A stretch of 64,000 nt of DNA from Lytechinus pictus (lineage: Eukaryota): positions 26,910,001 through 26,974,000 of the forward strand of contig NC_087251.1 in assembly GCF_037042905.1 (NCBI RefSeq), read 5' to 3'. This document shows positions 36,164 through 47,675 of this stretch, one piece after another. The notes below the pieces were generated by a model that was not told where the DNA came from, made no database searches, and saw nothing but the letters and a program-made list of their open reading frames with translations. The first letter of the stretch is position 1, and every line of letters begins with the position of its first letter. Position numbers and translations under genes: made by a program.

Positions 36164-38770
36164 CTAACATAGTCTGACATGTTGCACCTCACTCTTGAAT
36201 ATGTTTGCTGAGGTGCTGTCTACGACGTCCTGAGGTAGGGAATTCCATAACCTGGCAGTGCCAGTGGCAGGAAAGAAGGAATTTTTGTAACATTCCGTAT
36301 TTGCAAATGGAATCATGAGTTTTTGAGAATGACCTCGGGATTTGAAGGATGAGTGTTTCAGTTGTTGCTTGACGTCTACAAGATTATTAATGATGCGATA
36401 CATTAGTAGAGTCTTGGCTTGGGCCCTACGCTCTTGAAGGGTTTGCCACTGTAGTTGTCGAAGCATAGCAGAAATGCTGCTTGTAGTTCGGTAGTTGTGA
36501 CAAACATAGCGTGCGTACCTGTGTTGTATCATTTCCAGATTTCTGATTTTTGACTGTGTGAATGGGTCCCAGATCTCAGATGCATACTCCATTATTGGCC
36601 TCAGGAGCATCTTGTAACAAATGACCTTAGTGTTTCTTGGACAGCTTGTGAGATTTCTTTGCAGAAAACATCTGGTATTATTTGCTTTCTTGGTAATGGA
36701 GTCTACATGGGCGTTCCAACTTAGATTATTGCTAAAGGTTATGCCGAGGTATTTGGCATTACCTTTTTCTTCCAGACCTTGGCCGTGGATGAAGTACCTG
36801 TTGTGTGGAAAAATTTTCTTCCTTGTAATGTGTAAAACCTGGCACTTTCCGGGATGGAATGTCATACCCCAGTCCCTCTCCCATTGCTGCAGAGCATCAA
36901 GATCATGCTGCAGATCTTCGGCGTCTTCTCGTGAACTGATGGGATGGTATAGGGCACAGTCGTCAGCAAAAAGACGAACTGAAGAGCCATTGGTCACATA
37001 CTCTGGCAAGTCATTTATGTACAGGAGAAAGAGCAAAGGACCGACGACACTCCCCTGCGGTACTCCTGAGAGGACAGTTGCTGGTTCTGATGTTGCTCCA
37101 TCAATAACAACTCGTTGACTGCGTTGAGACGAAAAGTCAGCAAGCCAAAGATGTACTTCATCCCTTATACCATAGTATCCAACCTTGTACAGCAGTCTTT
37201 GATGTAGAACTTTGTCAAACGCCTTGGAAAAATCCAACAAGATTACATCAGTTTGTCCTCTCCTGTCGATTGTTGAAGCAAGATCATCAACAAATTTAAC
37301 TAACTGTGTTACACAGGATCTCCTTTTCCGGAAGCCATGTTGGGCATCAGATAGTGTATGATGCAAGTCCAGGTGTTTCATGATGCTGCTACACACAATA
37401 TGTTCTAAGGTTTTACATACTATCGAAGTGAGTGATACAGGTCTGTAGTTCTCTTGCAGCGATCTATCACCCTTCTTAAAGACTGGGACAATTTTTCCTT
37501 TCTTCCAATCTTCAGGAATGGTACCTTGATTAAGGGACGCCTGATAGAAGTGAACAAAGATTGGTGTTAACTCAAGTGCAAGTTCTTTCAAGAGCCGCGC
37601 TGGAATCATGTCAGGTCCAGAAGCTTTGTGTGGGTTCAAATCGTGTAGGAGCTTGTAAACCCCTGCTGGTGACACATCAATGGGTTCCATACTCTTGTAA
37701 GGACTGGGACCTTTCTGTGGTATGCTGGTGATGTCTTCGTTTCCATTGAAAACTGAAGAAAATTGTTTATTGAGAAGACTAGCTTTAGTAGAACTGTCAG
37801 ACACCATTCCGTTGTTTGGAGAAAATGAAGTGGAGACACCATTGTTGTCGCACTTCTTGCTGTTGATGAAACTCCGAAATATTTTTGGATTTGAGGAGCA
37901 TTCTGGGCTGACAATGTTGGTAATGTAGTCACTGTATGCTACTTTACAAGCCTGCTTGCACTCTTTTTGGAGTTGCTTGTATCGCAAAAAATCATGGTTG
38001 TTCTTTGTCATTCTCGCTTTCTTGTAACTCCGTTTCTTCCTTCTTGACAACCTCTTGATATTTGAGTTAATCCAAGGTTGGCTGTATCTGGTCGAAGACA
38101 TTTTGGAGGGTACACACTGATCAAGGATATTTAACAATGATGTCTTGATGTCATACCACATATCAGAAACAGAGTCTGCCGTTGAAGGGTACTTCCCAAG
38201 GAACTCTTGCTGGAAAAGTTTTCCTCGCTTCTTCATTTCATCTAGACTGGCCTTCTTCCAAAGATGAATCTTACGCCTCACCGGTTTTTTTCTTCGGACA
38301 GATATGTCGGACACTGTCAGGACAATGTCATGATCCCCTAAGCCTGGAAGAGGTGAACACTTCGTAACAAAGGATGGACGATTGGTGAGAAAAAGATCAA
38401 GGGTATTGACCCCTCTAGTCTTGAATAATACCATCTGTTGGAGAGTACAATTTTGAACCATATCCAAGAACCTGTTGTTAATTTGAGCAGGATTCCTATT
38501 ACCACAAACTGTCTGTAAAGACCAGTCTATGCCAGGCAGATTAAAGTCCCTTCCAATCCAGATAACAGTTTTCCTCTCTTCTCTACACAGTGATTCGATT
38601 GAGGAACACATTTCATCCAAGTAGTGATGGTCGCTGTTTGGGGGTCGATAAAGAGATCCAATCACAACATCTTTTTTCTGACCAATATGAACCTTAATGA
38701 ACACTTGCTCTACATCCTCGTCTTTCAGGATCTGTTTGTATATTAGATCATTTCTTATTGCTAATAACAC
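36164..38770 (-). CDS. LINE polyprotein C-terminal part: APE endonuclease remainder plus reverse transcriptase
   Basis: YRPP, DFN, LDLFLTN, DH endonuclease motifs; NYRPVSLTS, QHGFR, LDFSKAFD, GVPQGSVVGPLLF, LFADD, KYLG RT motifs. Confidence 0.95.
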   Translation of the reverse strand: MLLAIRNDLIYKQILKDEDVEQVFIKVHIGQKKDVVIGSLYRPPNSDHHYLDEMCSSIESLCREERKTVIWIGRDFNLPGIDWSLQTVCGNRNPAQINNRFLDMVQNCTLQQMVLFKTRGVNTLDLFLTNRPSFVTKCSPLPGLGDHDIVLTVSDISVRRKKPVRRKIHLWKKASLDEMKKRGKLFQQEFLGKYPSTADSVSDMWYDIKTSLLNILDQCVPSKMSSTRYSQPWINSNIKRLSRRKKRSYKKARMTKNNHDFLRYKQLQKECKQACKVAYSDYITNIVSPECSSNPKIFRSFINSKKCDNNGVSTSFSPNNGMVSDSSTKASLLNKQFSSVFNGNEDITSIPQKGPSPYKSMEPIDVSPAGVYKLLHDLNPHKASGPDMIPARLLKELALELTPIFVHFYQASLNQGTIPEDWKKGKIVPVFKKGDRSLQENYRPVSLTSIVCKTLEHIVCSSIMKHLDLHHTLSDAQHGFRKRRSCVTQLVKFVDDLASTIDRRGQTDVILLDFSKAFDKVLHQRLLYKVGYYGIRDEVHLWLADFSSQRSQRVVIDGATSEPATVLSGVPQGSVVGPLLFLLYINDLPEYVTNGSSVRLFADDCALYHPISSREDAEDLQHDLDALQQWERDWGMTFHPGKCQVLHITRKKIFPHNRYFIHGQGLEEKGNAKYLGITFSNNLSWNAHVDSITKKANNTRCFLQRNLTSCPRNTKVICYKMLLRPIMEYASEIWDPFTQSKIRNLEMIQHRYARYVCHNYRTTSSISAMLRQLQWQTLQERRAQAKTLLMYRIINNLVDVKQQLKHSSFKSRGHSQKLMIPFANTECYKNSFFPATGTARLWNSLPQDVVDSTSANIFKSEVQHVRLC

Positions 38771-39660
38771 TCCCCGTAGCCATCTTGTCGGTCTTTCCTG
38801 ATAACATCAAAGAAGGGTGGGAAGAACTCTGAACTAAAAATTGTACTGTTCAGCCTGGTCTCTGTTCCAATAATAACATCAGGTTTCTCACAATCGATGA
38901 GGGCATTCAATTCCTCCTTCTTGTTCTTCAAACTTTGGAAGTTGATGGTAAGAACTTTAATACTCGAGGGATTGGGTATGTTGTTACGATTTCTCCAATG
39001 ATTTAAAGACCGTCTTGGAGAAGAGCTTATCAATGGAGATCCGATGTTGCCTGGTACAATGCTTGATTGTAAATCGCTAGCATTGCTGAGTGATGAATGG
39101 TCAAGACTTGAGAATGAATTTGATAAATCAATACTCCTAGACGATGAGAAAAGACTGGAAGAAAACTGTGGCATACCGCAGTTGGTACATTCCCATGTAG
39201 CATTGCCTCCATTGAGAGCGATGTAGACTGGGGTTGACATGTGCATACAACTGACGTGGAACCAATGATCACAAACATCGCAGGCAACACCTCTCTGAGC
39301 CCATGTCACTCCCTTGTGACAGATTTGGCAAGGATACTTGGGTTGGTAAGGGCCCGGATTTAGCTCCACATCCGATGATAATGATAAAAGTAGTAGAGTG
39401 ATGTAAAGTAAGGAGTGAGATTTCACCTCTTTAAGGACTGATAATGAACGCCTACTTCGTGTAACAACCTTGATCGCAATGCCTTGCTTTACTTGTTGAT
39501 ATTTGTTTATAATGCTCTTTTCAAGACAGTCAACTGCCTTGAAGTTTAGAGACTCATGACAAAATAAAGATTCCCGTCTTTGTGTCTCTACTCATCTAAT
39601 AAAACAACTGAAAAACGTAGTTGAAAGAATTAACAAGTAAAGTGAATTCCTGTTCATCAT
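38761..39660 (-). CDS. LINE polyprotein N-terminal part: leader, 2A peptide, PHD finger, APE start; one in-frame TGA (39592-39594) and a 1-nt frameshift near 38772
   Basis: DVELNPGP at 39349-39372; C4HC3 PHD (CQIC...CDVC..WFHVSC...WECTNC); INFQSL...IIGTET; GYGG junction broken by loss of one G. Confidence 0.85.
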
Positions 39661-40277
39661 GATGATTACTTTCTCTAACAGACAAGTAACTATATTGGTT
39701 AGGGAAAATCATAAAAGATGGTTGTCAACGACTGCTAAAACTTAGAGTTTCCATTTTAACTAACATAGTTATTCTGCATCTTAAAGAATATAATCTTGAG
39801 GACTCCATGATGATGTTTTTTTAAATATTTTGACATATACTTCTTCATCATGGAGTCTTGAACCGCCGGCCATATATGTATAAGAGACACATGTAAACAA
39901 AGATGGATTTTCCTAGGAAATCGATAGTTAGAGGGTGAAATCGATTTGTAGGGTCGAATTTTATTTATCTGTGAACCTTGATGCGCCTAGTGCGTATAAA
40001 GGGATAAAATTTATTTCACTATAAATTGTAAAAATGAGACGTTTCTTACCAGACCGATCTCCTGTAGATCCCTCGATCTGTTTGTCAACAAAGCAAATAC
40101 AATAAAGCCTGACCCTTGAACCGCTTCATTATGATGTACATCTGATTAGCGATGCCGTTTTGAAGAACAATTTATAGATAAAAATTATCATTTCACAAAT
40201 ACTAAACTTTAATTTTAACGTGATTATAAATAATTAGTAGTATTATACTAATTATTTATAATCACGTATTAAATTTT

Positions 40278-41497
40278 AGTGTCAACAATGAAATCTTAAC
40301 CGAAGGTTAAGTTTTTGAAATGGCATCATAACTTAAAAAGTATATTGACTAGTAGTTCATGAAAGTTGGACATAAGTATTACTGAATATCCTTCCTCAGT
40401 TTCAGGTCACATGACCAAGGTCAAAGGTCATTTAGGGTCAATGAACTTAGACCATGTTGGGGAATCAAAATCTTAACCTAAGGTTAAGTTTTTGAAATGT
40501 CATCATAACTTTGAAAGTATATGGACCTAGTTCATGAAACTTAGAAATAAGGGTAATGAAGTATTAGTGAAGATTCTACCGTAGTTTCAGGTCACATGAC
40601 CAAGGTCAAAGGTCATTTAGGGTCAATAAACTTTTACCCTGTTGGGGGTAATTGTTGAAGTGCCATCATAATTTGAAAGTTTATAGATATAGTTAATGAA
40701 ATGTGGACATGGGTAATCAAGTATCATTGCTCATCTTCACAATTCTTAGGTCACTTGATCAAGGTCAAATGTCATTTAAGGTCAAGTCTACCCCAGAAAA
40801 AAGTTGATTTGAATAAATAGAGAAAAATCAAACAAGAATAATGCTGAAAACTTCATCAAAATCGGATGGAAAATAAGAAAGTTATGACATTTTAAAGTGT
40901 CACTTTTTTTTTAACGAAACAGTTCTATGCTCAACTCAGTGATATGCAAATGAGAGAGTCGATGATGTCACTCACTATTTCTTTTTTTTTTTATTGTTTG
41001 AATTATACAATATTTCATTTTTGACGGATTTGACAATTATGTCCATCTTGTTTGAACCACAAACTGTTAAAACAATCAAATTCTACGTGATCAGGGAGGA
41101 ATAAAACTTTTACCGCATGACAATGAGGAGAAAATTCAAATATTTCATATGAATAAAATACAAAAGAAATAGTGAGTGGGTGATGTCATCGGTCCCCTTA
41201 TTTGCATACTGACCCGGATGTGCATATAACTGTTTAGTGAAATTTAGAAAAAGTTTAAAATGTCATAACTTATTTCAGATCCGATTTTGATGAAATTTTC
41301 AGTGTTATTCTTGTTTGATTTTTCTCTTTTTATTCAAATCATCTCTTTGTTGGGGTGGACTTGTCCTTTAAGGGTCAATGAACGTAGTATTATATTATTA
41401 AACGAATGGTGTTTCCTGTGAATAATTATTTTATCAGCACTGCTGCCATATTGAATTGTGTAATGCAGGCGAGACTGCCAGAGGCACTCCATGTGTT
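40278..41497 (-). mobile_element. Partial copy of the tandem-repeat-bearing (Helentron-associated-like) element, interrupted by a Kolobok-like MITE
   Basis: Reverse complement of the 54841 end (GCAGGCGAGACTGCCAGAGGC) and of the CAGGTCACATGACCAAGGTCAAAGGTC core repeats. Confidence 0.75.
40779..41367. mobile_element. Kolobok-like palindromic MITE
   Basis: GGTCAAGTCTACCCC ... GGGGTGGACTTGTCCT flanked by TTAA; host repeat resumes after 41371. Confidence 0.78.
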
Positions 41498-42882
41498 GCT
41501 CTTTATATTTTGTAATATACTGTATGCAAGATTGCCAGGGCCGGGGATTCACTTTTTTTCACTTTCTGTATTTGTCATTGACTATAATTTTATCTATTTT
41601 GTAAAATTATAAGTTGGATTATTATTTTCATTTCATTTAGCCCAAAAGTTTTGTTACATATTCATATATGTTTGTAGTTTTGGTTTTGTTTGTTGGAGTG
41701 GGACTTATCTTATTTCTTTGCACTACTCTTACATTAACAGTTATTTCACTTTTCTTCCTGTATTTATTAACATTACATACATCTACATGTATGTAAGATT
41801 ATTATTTGAAAAAAATTAATTAATTTTGCTTTATAATACTCACAGGCTGAAAGTGGGGAAGACAGTGCAATACTAACATTTGTAATACTAATAACAACTG
41901 TGGTAAAACGGACATCAAAGGCTGGAATCATCAAAATCTACTGGCACAAAAGCTTTAGGTTGCAATCACTCGTGAAATAATCTACATGTGCTTGAGCCTG
42001 TCTTGGAGATTGGGTGATATGCATGATGTGCAGCACTGCAGATTCGGTTAAAGTTCTGTGTTAGTATCTTTTCATCATTAATCTTTTGAGGTGGTGAATT
42101 TTTTTTATGGTAGTTTATGAAATGTAGTGGTCAGTGTGGCTTCATATGTAAAGCAAACTCTCATTAAAAGAAAAATTATGTTTGCAATTTAGAAAGAATT
42201 CAATAGGGATGGTATTTGCAAGGTGCCAAGAAAGGTATGATCAATTTGTTAGGGGTATCCCCCCACCCCTGTAAGGATTGTGTTACCTTTCTGAGCTGCC
42301 AATGAGCTATCTTGAATTCTCTTCCTAGAAGGCAGTTGAGCAATCATATGACCATTTCTATCTGATGTGGGTGCAAAATACTGCAAATAAAACATTACAC
42401 AAAGGCATGATCTGAATTCACCTCAAAGCTTTAGAAATAAAAAGGCCCCTGAAATTCCATTTTAAACATATGTAGCAAAGTTCAGCAGATGAACTAAAAA
42501 TAAGTAGACCTGGGGGATGTTTTATAAAGAATTAAGTATGACTTAAAGTCACACTTAAATGCCTGGTTGCCTACGGTATAAAAGGCATGAATGCATTGGT
42601 CAGATCTTGCCAAGAGGACGCGCACTAATGCATATTGATCAATAAGATTACGCATTGCAAACCATGTACGCATCAGCATTTAAGTGCAACTCTAAGTCAT
42701 ACTTAAATCTTTGTGAAACACCCCCCAGGGGGTGTGTTAAAGTTGTAATTAATGCATGGCTTATTCATAAAGATTGAGTGGTTTTTTGTCTGTTTGATCC
42801 ACCATCCCAATTTTAAGTTTTTTGGCTCTTGTGTCCTACTTTGCACATGGCATGTCAATTTTTTTAAGTTATCCTACTTCTG

Positions 42883-43039
42883 TGGAGCGTTTCATCAACA
42901 ATTTTGTCCGACAAGATATCAGATCTGACATCTTTCCTTGATTCTGATTGGCTGAGAGGCACTGTTACTATGGTAACTGTCGGATAAAACAGGATTTGTC
43001 GGATAAAACGTCCGACAAGTCCTTTCATGAAACACTCCC
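42883..43039. mobile_element. Harbinger-like MITE, second copy
   Basis: Highly similar to 21732-21888; CTG TSD. Confidence 0.8.
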
Positions 43040-43194
43040 CTGAAATGAATTAGATTGCCCAATGGGACTACTGTGCATCCTCAAAAAATTTTATAAATGT
43101 AGTATTAGTGAGACCCAAATCACATTATTGTTTTTAAAAGATGTGCTTAATACCAACCTAACAGTTCTATATTTTTTTCTGTATATGTATACAG

Positions 43195-43236
43195 CTGGTA
43201 CAGGGAGACTGAAAGAAGGATACCTCAAGAAATATG
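43195..43236 (+). CDS. Evectin/PLEKHB-like exon 2 (PH strand 1)
   Basis: AGTGRLKEGYLKKYG; CAG/GTGAGT; KEGYLxK is the typical PH start. Confidence 0.88.
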
Positions 43237-43462
43237 GTGAGTACACAACCAGAGGCCCTGTGTATTTGCACTCAAATAGTACCAAATACAAGAGGTCACT
43301 TGTAACTAAAAGCATGCATGTTTATCTGTGGTATAATATTTTAGAGTTGCTTTGAATTGCAACTCCTGCCCAAGAAGACATGCATTCAGACATTTCTGAC
43401 TTTATTGATTTTGAGGGGGAGTAATGACAATTGCTCTTTAGTCGTTAATAAAGAGGCTTTTT

Positions 43463-43733
43463 GATAGGAGAAATTATAATTTGTAAACAAATTTTCTTCA
43501 TTACTCCTATGTGTTTAAGATCGCATGCTTGATCTGTAATGAAAATCATAAGTCAGAAAAAATTGGAACCAGTGGGATTCGAACCTGTCATCTACTGCTT
43601 GCCGGGCAGCGACTTAACCACCAGGCTATTCTGGTTCACAGCCAAGTCACGATAAACTGGAATTCAAATACCCCCGATCCTCTACTTTCTTTTTCATTAT
43701 GCAAATGCAGGCCGCCGTGGACAATAGATAGTA
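43463..43733 (-). mobile_element. Retroposed insert with internal tRNA-derived segment (SINE-like)
   Basis: 16-bp TSD AATAAAGAGGCTTTTT (43447-43462, 43734-43749); A-box TAGCCTGGTGG and B-box GGTTCGAATCC at 43565-43638. Confidence 0.72.
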
Positions 43734-44290
43734 AATAAAGAGGCTTTTTTTTAATGATTTGTCACTAACAGTATTGGTACTATCAAGTCAAACTTCCATC
43801 TAGCCCTATTAAAGTAGCACCGACTTTTGTAATTGTCAGCGTCCTCACATACATCTTAAACCTTATCAAATTTTCATGCTTACCATTTAGGAGCAGATTT
43901 CTTGCTGTGGGGAAAGCCGAGAGTCAAGTCTTTGAAACTTACAACTTTTTTGTGCTTCCACACTTTATCGAACTGAAAATTTGTATAAGATTTAATGACT
44001 GTGGTCAGTAGTTGGAGAATTTGGGTTATATTAATTTCAGAGTAGTCTCCCTCTTTTGTGATGAATTTTACTTCGTGTAATCTTTTTATCAGTGATATGT
44101 TGATGTTAGGAGAAACAATTTTGTATTACTGTAGTTTAGGTTTTATCAAGAGTAAAATAAAATGCTTGAAATTTAACAATTTCTAAAATATTTAGTTATA
44201 TACTGGAGAAGAACACTTTAAAATGGCAAATGGTGATGAGGAAACTCTGATGTATATTTAAAAAATAATCCCTATTTGAACATTTCAAAG

Positions 44291-44546
44291 GTAACCTTGT
44301 GACACGATGGAGGCGAAAACACTTCACTATCTACCAAGACGGTCAGCTGGCCTGGTCAGATGGGAGCGGTCATACTCCTGACAAGGTCATCAATATCCGT
44401 ACAGAATGCTCCATGCTAAGGGTAGGAGCACAGGTTGGGTCGGATGCACCATCGGTACCCTCAGGATCGCGGAAAGATTTCATGTTTTCCATGACTGCAA
44501 GAGGAAAGAATTATTACATTCTGGCAGAGACAGAGCAAGACTTGGT
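44291..44546 (+). CDS. Evectin/PLEKHB-like exon 3 (PH domain core)
   Basis: NLVTRWRRKHFTIYQDGQLAWS...FMFSMTARGKNYYILAETEQDL; AAG/GTAGGT. Confidence 0.9.
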
Positions 44547-45372
44547 GTAGGTTCAAGTTTACATTGCAGGGTATTAATTTTCCTGGTATCGCATCGCAAT
44601 TCACTTCACATTTTTGAAAGACTGCAATGCATGAAGTCTTTTGTATAGCATATTTTTACATAGGACTGTACATTACTTAGGTGGGAGCTTTTTTCTTATG
44701 ACAAAAAATGCTATTCAAATTTGTAAAGCAAAATTATTCCCTGCATTGTTGTTCACCCTGCTCAAAATCTCCAATACATATAATTAAGTCACGGTTCATT
44801 GTTTTTTGTAAATGGCTGAACAGTCATTTTGGCTTAAAAAATCAAAATCTACAAAAGTGACTCATCTGTAAGGTGAAGTCTCCCTCGATCTTCCAACTCA
44901 AAATCCTTGTCAAAAGCAGTTATAATTCAAGAATTTCTGTCAGACATTGTTTTCTTACTGCCTAGAGTTTGAACAGGTCTGTTCTCATACTTGTGAGAAA
45001 CTCAACTGAAATAGCGTTTTTTTCTCTTGCTCTTTAAATCTCTCCCTGATATTTGTTGAATCAATTACATGTAAATGTACTTTGCCATTTTTAAGTTCAT
45101 CAGTTGGACATGTCATGTACCTGTTAACAGCATAAGATTTTTCAAGTATCCTTTTTTACCTGAAGATTTGTTTTATTAAAAAAAAAAAACATTCAAATTA
45201 AATGAAATCAAACCTCAGTTGGCCAGTCGCTTTGAATACTTTTATCCCTAATTTTACTATATTACTTTTGTTTATCAGTTTATCAGTAAATAAGTTATTT
45301 ATATGAAAAATCCAAGTCACATGATTAGAATTGAAATTTAACTTGAACTGTTTTTCCTTTGTCATATTGTAG

Positions 45373-45560
45373 TCAGTGGTTGGAGGTACTTTACCATGCT
45401 AAAGGAGTCCCTCATCCTAGTCAACAACAGCAGCAGCAGCAACCAGGAGTACCAGTGGGAGGAGGGGGGATGCCCCGACCTCAGGGTCAACTCCCGTACC
45501 CCTCACAAGCCCCTCCTCCAAACCAACCCCCTGCGTATGGTTTCAATCCTAATGTGACTG
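45373..45560 (+). CDS. Evectin/PLEKHB-like exon 4 (PH terminal helix, Gln/Pro-rich)
   Basis: QWLEVL with conserved PH Trp; poly-Q; PPAY; TAG/GTAAGT. Confidence 0.9.
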
Positions 45561-46543
45561 GTAAGTTATCTTGTGTGATCAGTAGTCCATTGCTAAAAAA
45601 AATGCAACTAAAAAAAAAAAACATAACTTGAACTTCAACCAGTCAGAAGCAGCTTATTTTGGATTTACTTCTGATTTGTTTAATGCTGTGTTCAACTGAA
45701 ACTCGTTTGTTTGCAACAGGGGGTCGATTTGTCTTGATGCTGGAAATCACTGGTTCAAGTTGCTTATGGAGTCACAATTTTGTTTGTCAAACAAACAGTT
45801 TAAATGTTTCTTAAGAAAAAGTTTATCGCGACTGCTGTAGGCCTATATTCTGAAAGAAACCTGTATTGGATTACACTTGCCACGGTTTTAGTCTTTTCTA
45901 AAATTGTTGAAATCTTAGAATTACACTCTCTTTGTTATGTTTATTGTGCTCTTTCTCATCCTTAACGGTGAAGAAATCAATTGAAGTTTTCATTTTCAGA
46001 CAGCTTTTCAAAGTTTAAGTGCCAATAATGCTGAAAAACTGAACATTCAGAGAGATTCATTTGGCTACCAGTAGATAAACCACATATTTAAACCATAGGT
46101 TAAGATTAACCGGAGTTCAGACATATTGGCCTGAAAGTCTATTCTAAGGTTTAGTAAATCCTGCTAAAGTCTCTATCATTATTCCAATTCATGACTAGAT
46201 TATGTGATGTGTTTGCCCTAAAACAAGATTGATGTGGGAGATACGAAATGAAAATTTATTTCATTTGATAAAGTTTGAAATTAGATATGAAATCAATCGG
46301 TTACATCAATCACCTTGCCATATGTGCTCATGTAATGTAAATCTTTCTTTGGCATATTACTGGTTTAGGGTTCAATTTGAATGTCCATGTACAAGCATGG
46401 TATCTATACTTCAAATAGCAGTGACAACACAAGAGGGAATTTTAACTGTTATGATTTATCAATTGTAATAGTACGATTATTTCTAGGATACCTCTAAAAG
46501 TTGTGAAAAATAATGAAAGGAATTTTTTTTTTATTCTTGCTAG

Positions 46544-47067
46544 GTCAACCGCCGCCACCTGTTGCTGCATCACCCTATCCTCAGGCAGGTGGATACCCCG
46601 CCCAACAACCGTATCCAGTCCAGCAACAGAGACCCGCATACCCTACACAACCAGGCGGACCAGTGGCAACGCGGCCTGTGCAACAGACTGTGGTCATCAG
46701 GGACGACTCCCGACAGTACTCCAGGGGCGGGGACGGTTTTGCCACCGGGCTCCTTGCCGGTTCCCTTCTAGGAGGGTACCACGGATGGGGGTGGGGCTAC
46801 GGAGGTGGTTACTACGGTCATGGGTGGGGTGGTGGCCTTCATTTCGGTGGTCATCACCATCATCACCATGATCATTTCCATGATCACGATCACTTCCATG
46901 ACCACGATCACCACCATGATCTTGGAGGTCACGACAGCTACGGAGGTCATGATGATTTTGGAGGAGGAGGAGGAGATTTTGGAGGAGGAGATTTTGGCGG
47001 AGGGGACTTTGGTGGAGGGGACTTTGGCGGAGGGGACTTTGGTGGGGGAGATTTCGGCGGAGAATGA
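46544..47067 (+). CDS. Evectin/PLEKHB-like last coding exon
   Basis: YP-rich, TVVIRD, GFATGLLAGSLLGG hydrophobic glycine segment, His/Asp tract, (GGGDF)n, TGA; TAG acceptor after poly-T. Confidence 0.9.
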
Positions 47068-47675
47068 GAAGTAAATATAATTGGGAATCTAAACCTTTAT
47101 GCACAAATGTCAACATTCTTATGCTGTTTTGTGTACCTGGCACAAAGACCAAACCATAACTTTTATTTTAAAACTAATGTCCATTTAATTATTTTCCATT
47201 GAAATTCAAATTGTCAAGGTAACTTGTTAAATTGATGGGTTTGATGTATGTTTTAACTGGAGTGTGGGAAGCCATACCTGTGGGCTCTATGTAGACAGGT
47301 GGTCCTTCAATATGGGTGGCTGCTGAATCAGGTTTCACTGTATGAACAAATCAAATTATCCCACTTGACAAATCTATGAAACTTGATAAGGGTATTATGA
47401 TTTGTCCTGTGGACTTATATAATTTTTAGCTCTTAGTACCAAAGACTATTACTTTAAAACATATAAAATAATACTAGGCAGGAAGGTACTAGGAAGTCAG
47501 TACTCTAGCTTACATAGATGTACTTTTACTTGTATTAATGACGTGAAATTTCTTGTCATATAATTGTATTGTATGTTAATTTGAAGGAGTTTGCATTTAA
47601 TTGGACATAATGGATCATAGTTGTAGATATCAAGCAAGCCTGGGCATTGAGTCCATTTATTTGCCGTCGACTTAA

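Larger units (their letters stand above)
36008..39660 (-). mobile_element. Near-intact CR1-group non-LTR retrotransposon, antisense in intron 1 of the PH gene (5' UTR may extend to about 39830)
   Basis: Leader-2A-PHD-APE endonuclease-RT coding region, short 3' UTR ending in (GAA)n at 36008-36020. Confidence 0.92.

Noticed and set aside
43565..43638. Functional tRNA gene
   Set aside because: D and T stems pair poorly, and it sits inside a TSD-flanked insert.
46697..47152. Antisense and alternative-frame ORFs over the His/Gly-rich exon
   Set aside because: Shadows of the repetitive real coding frame.
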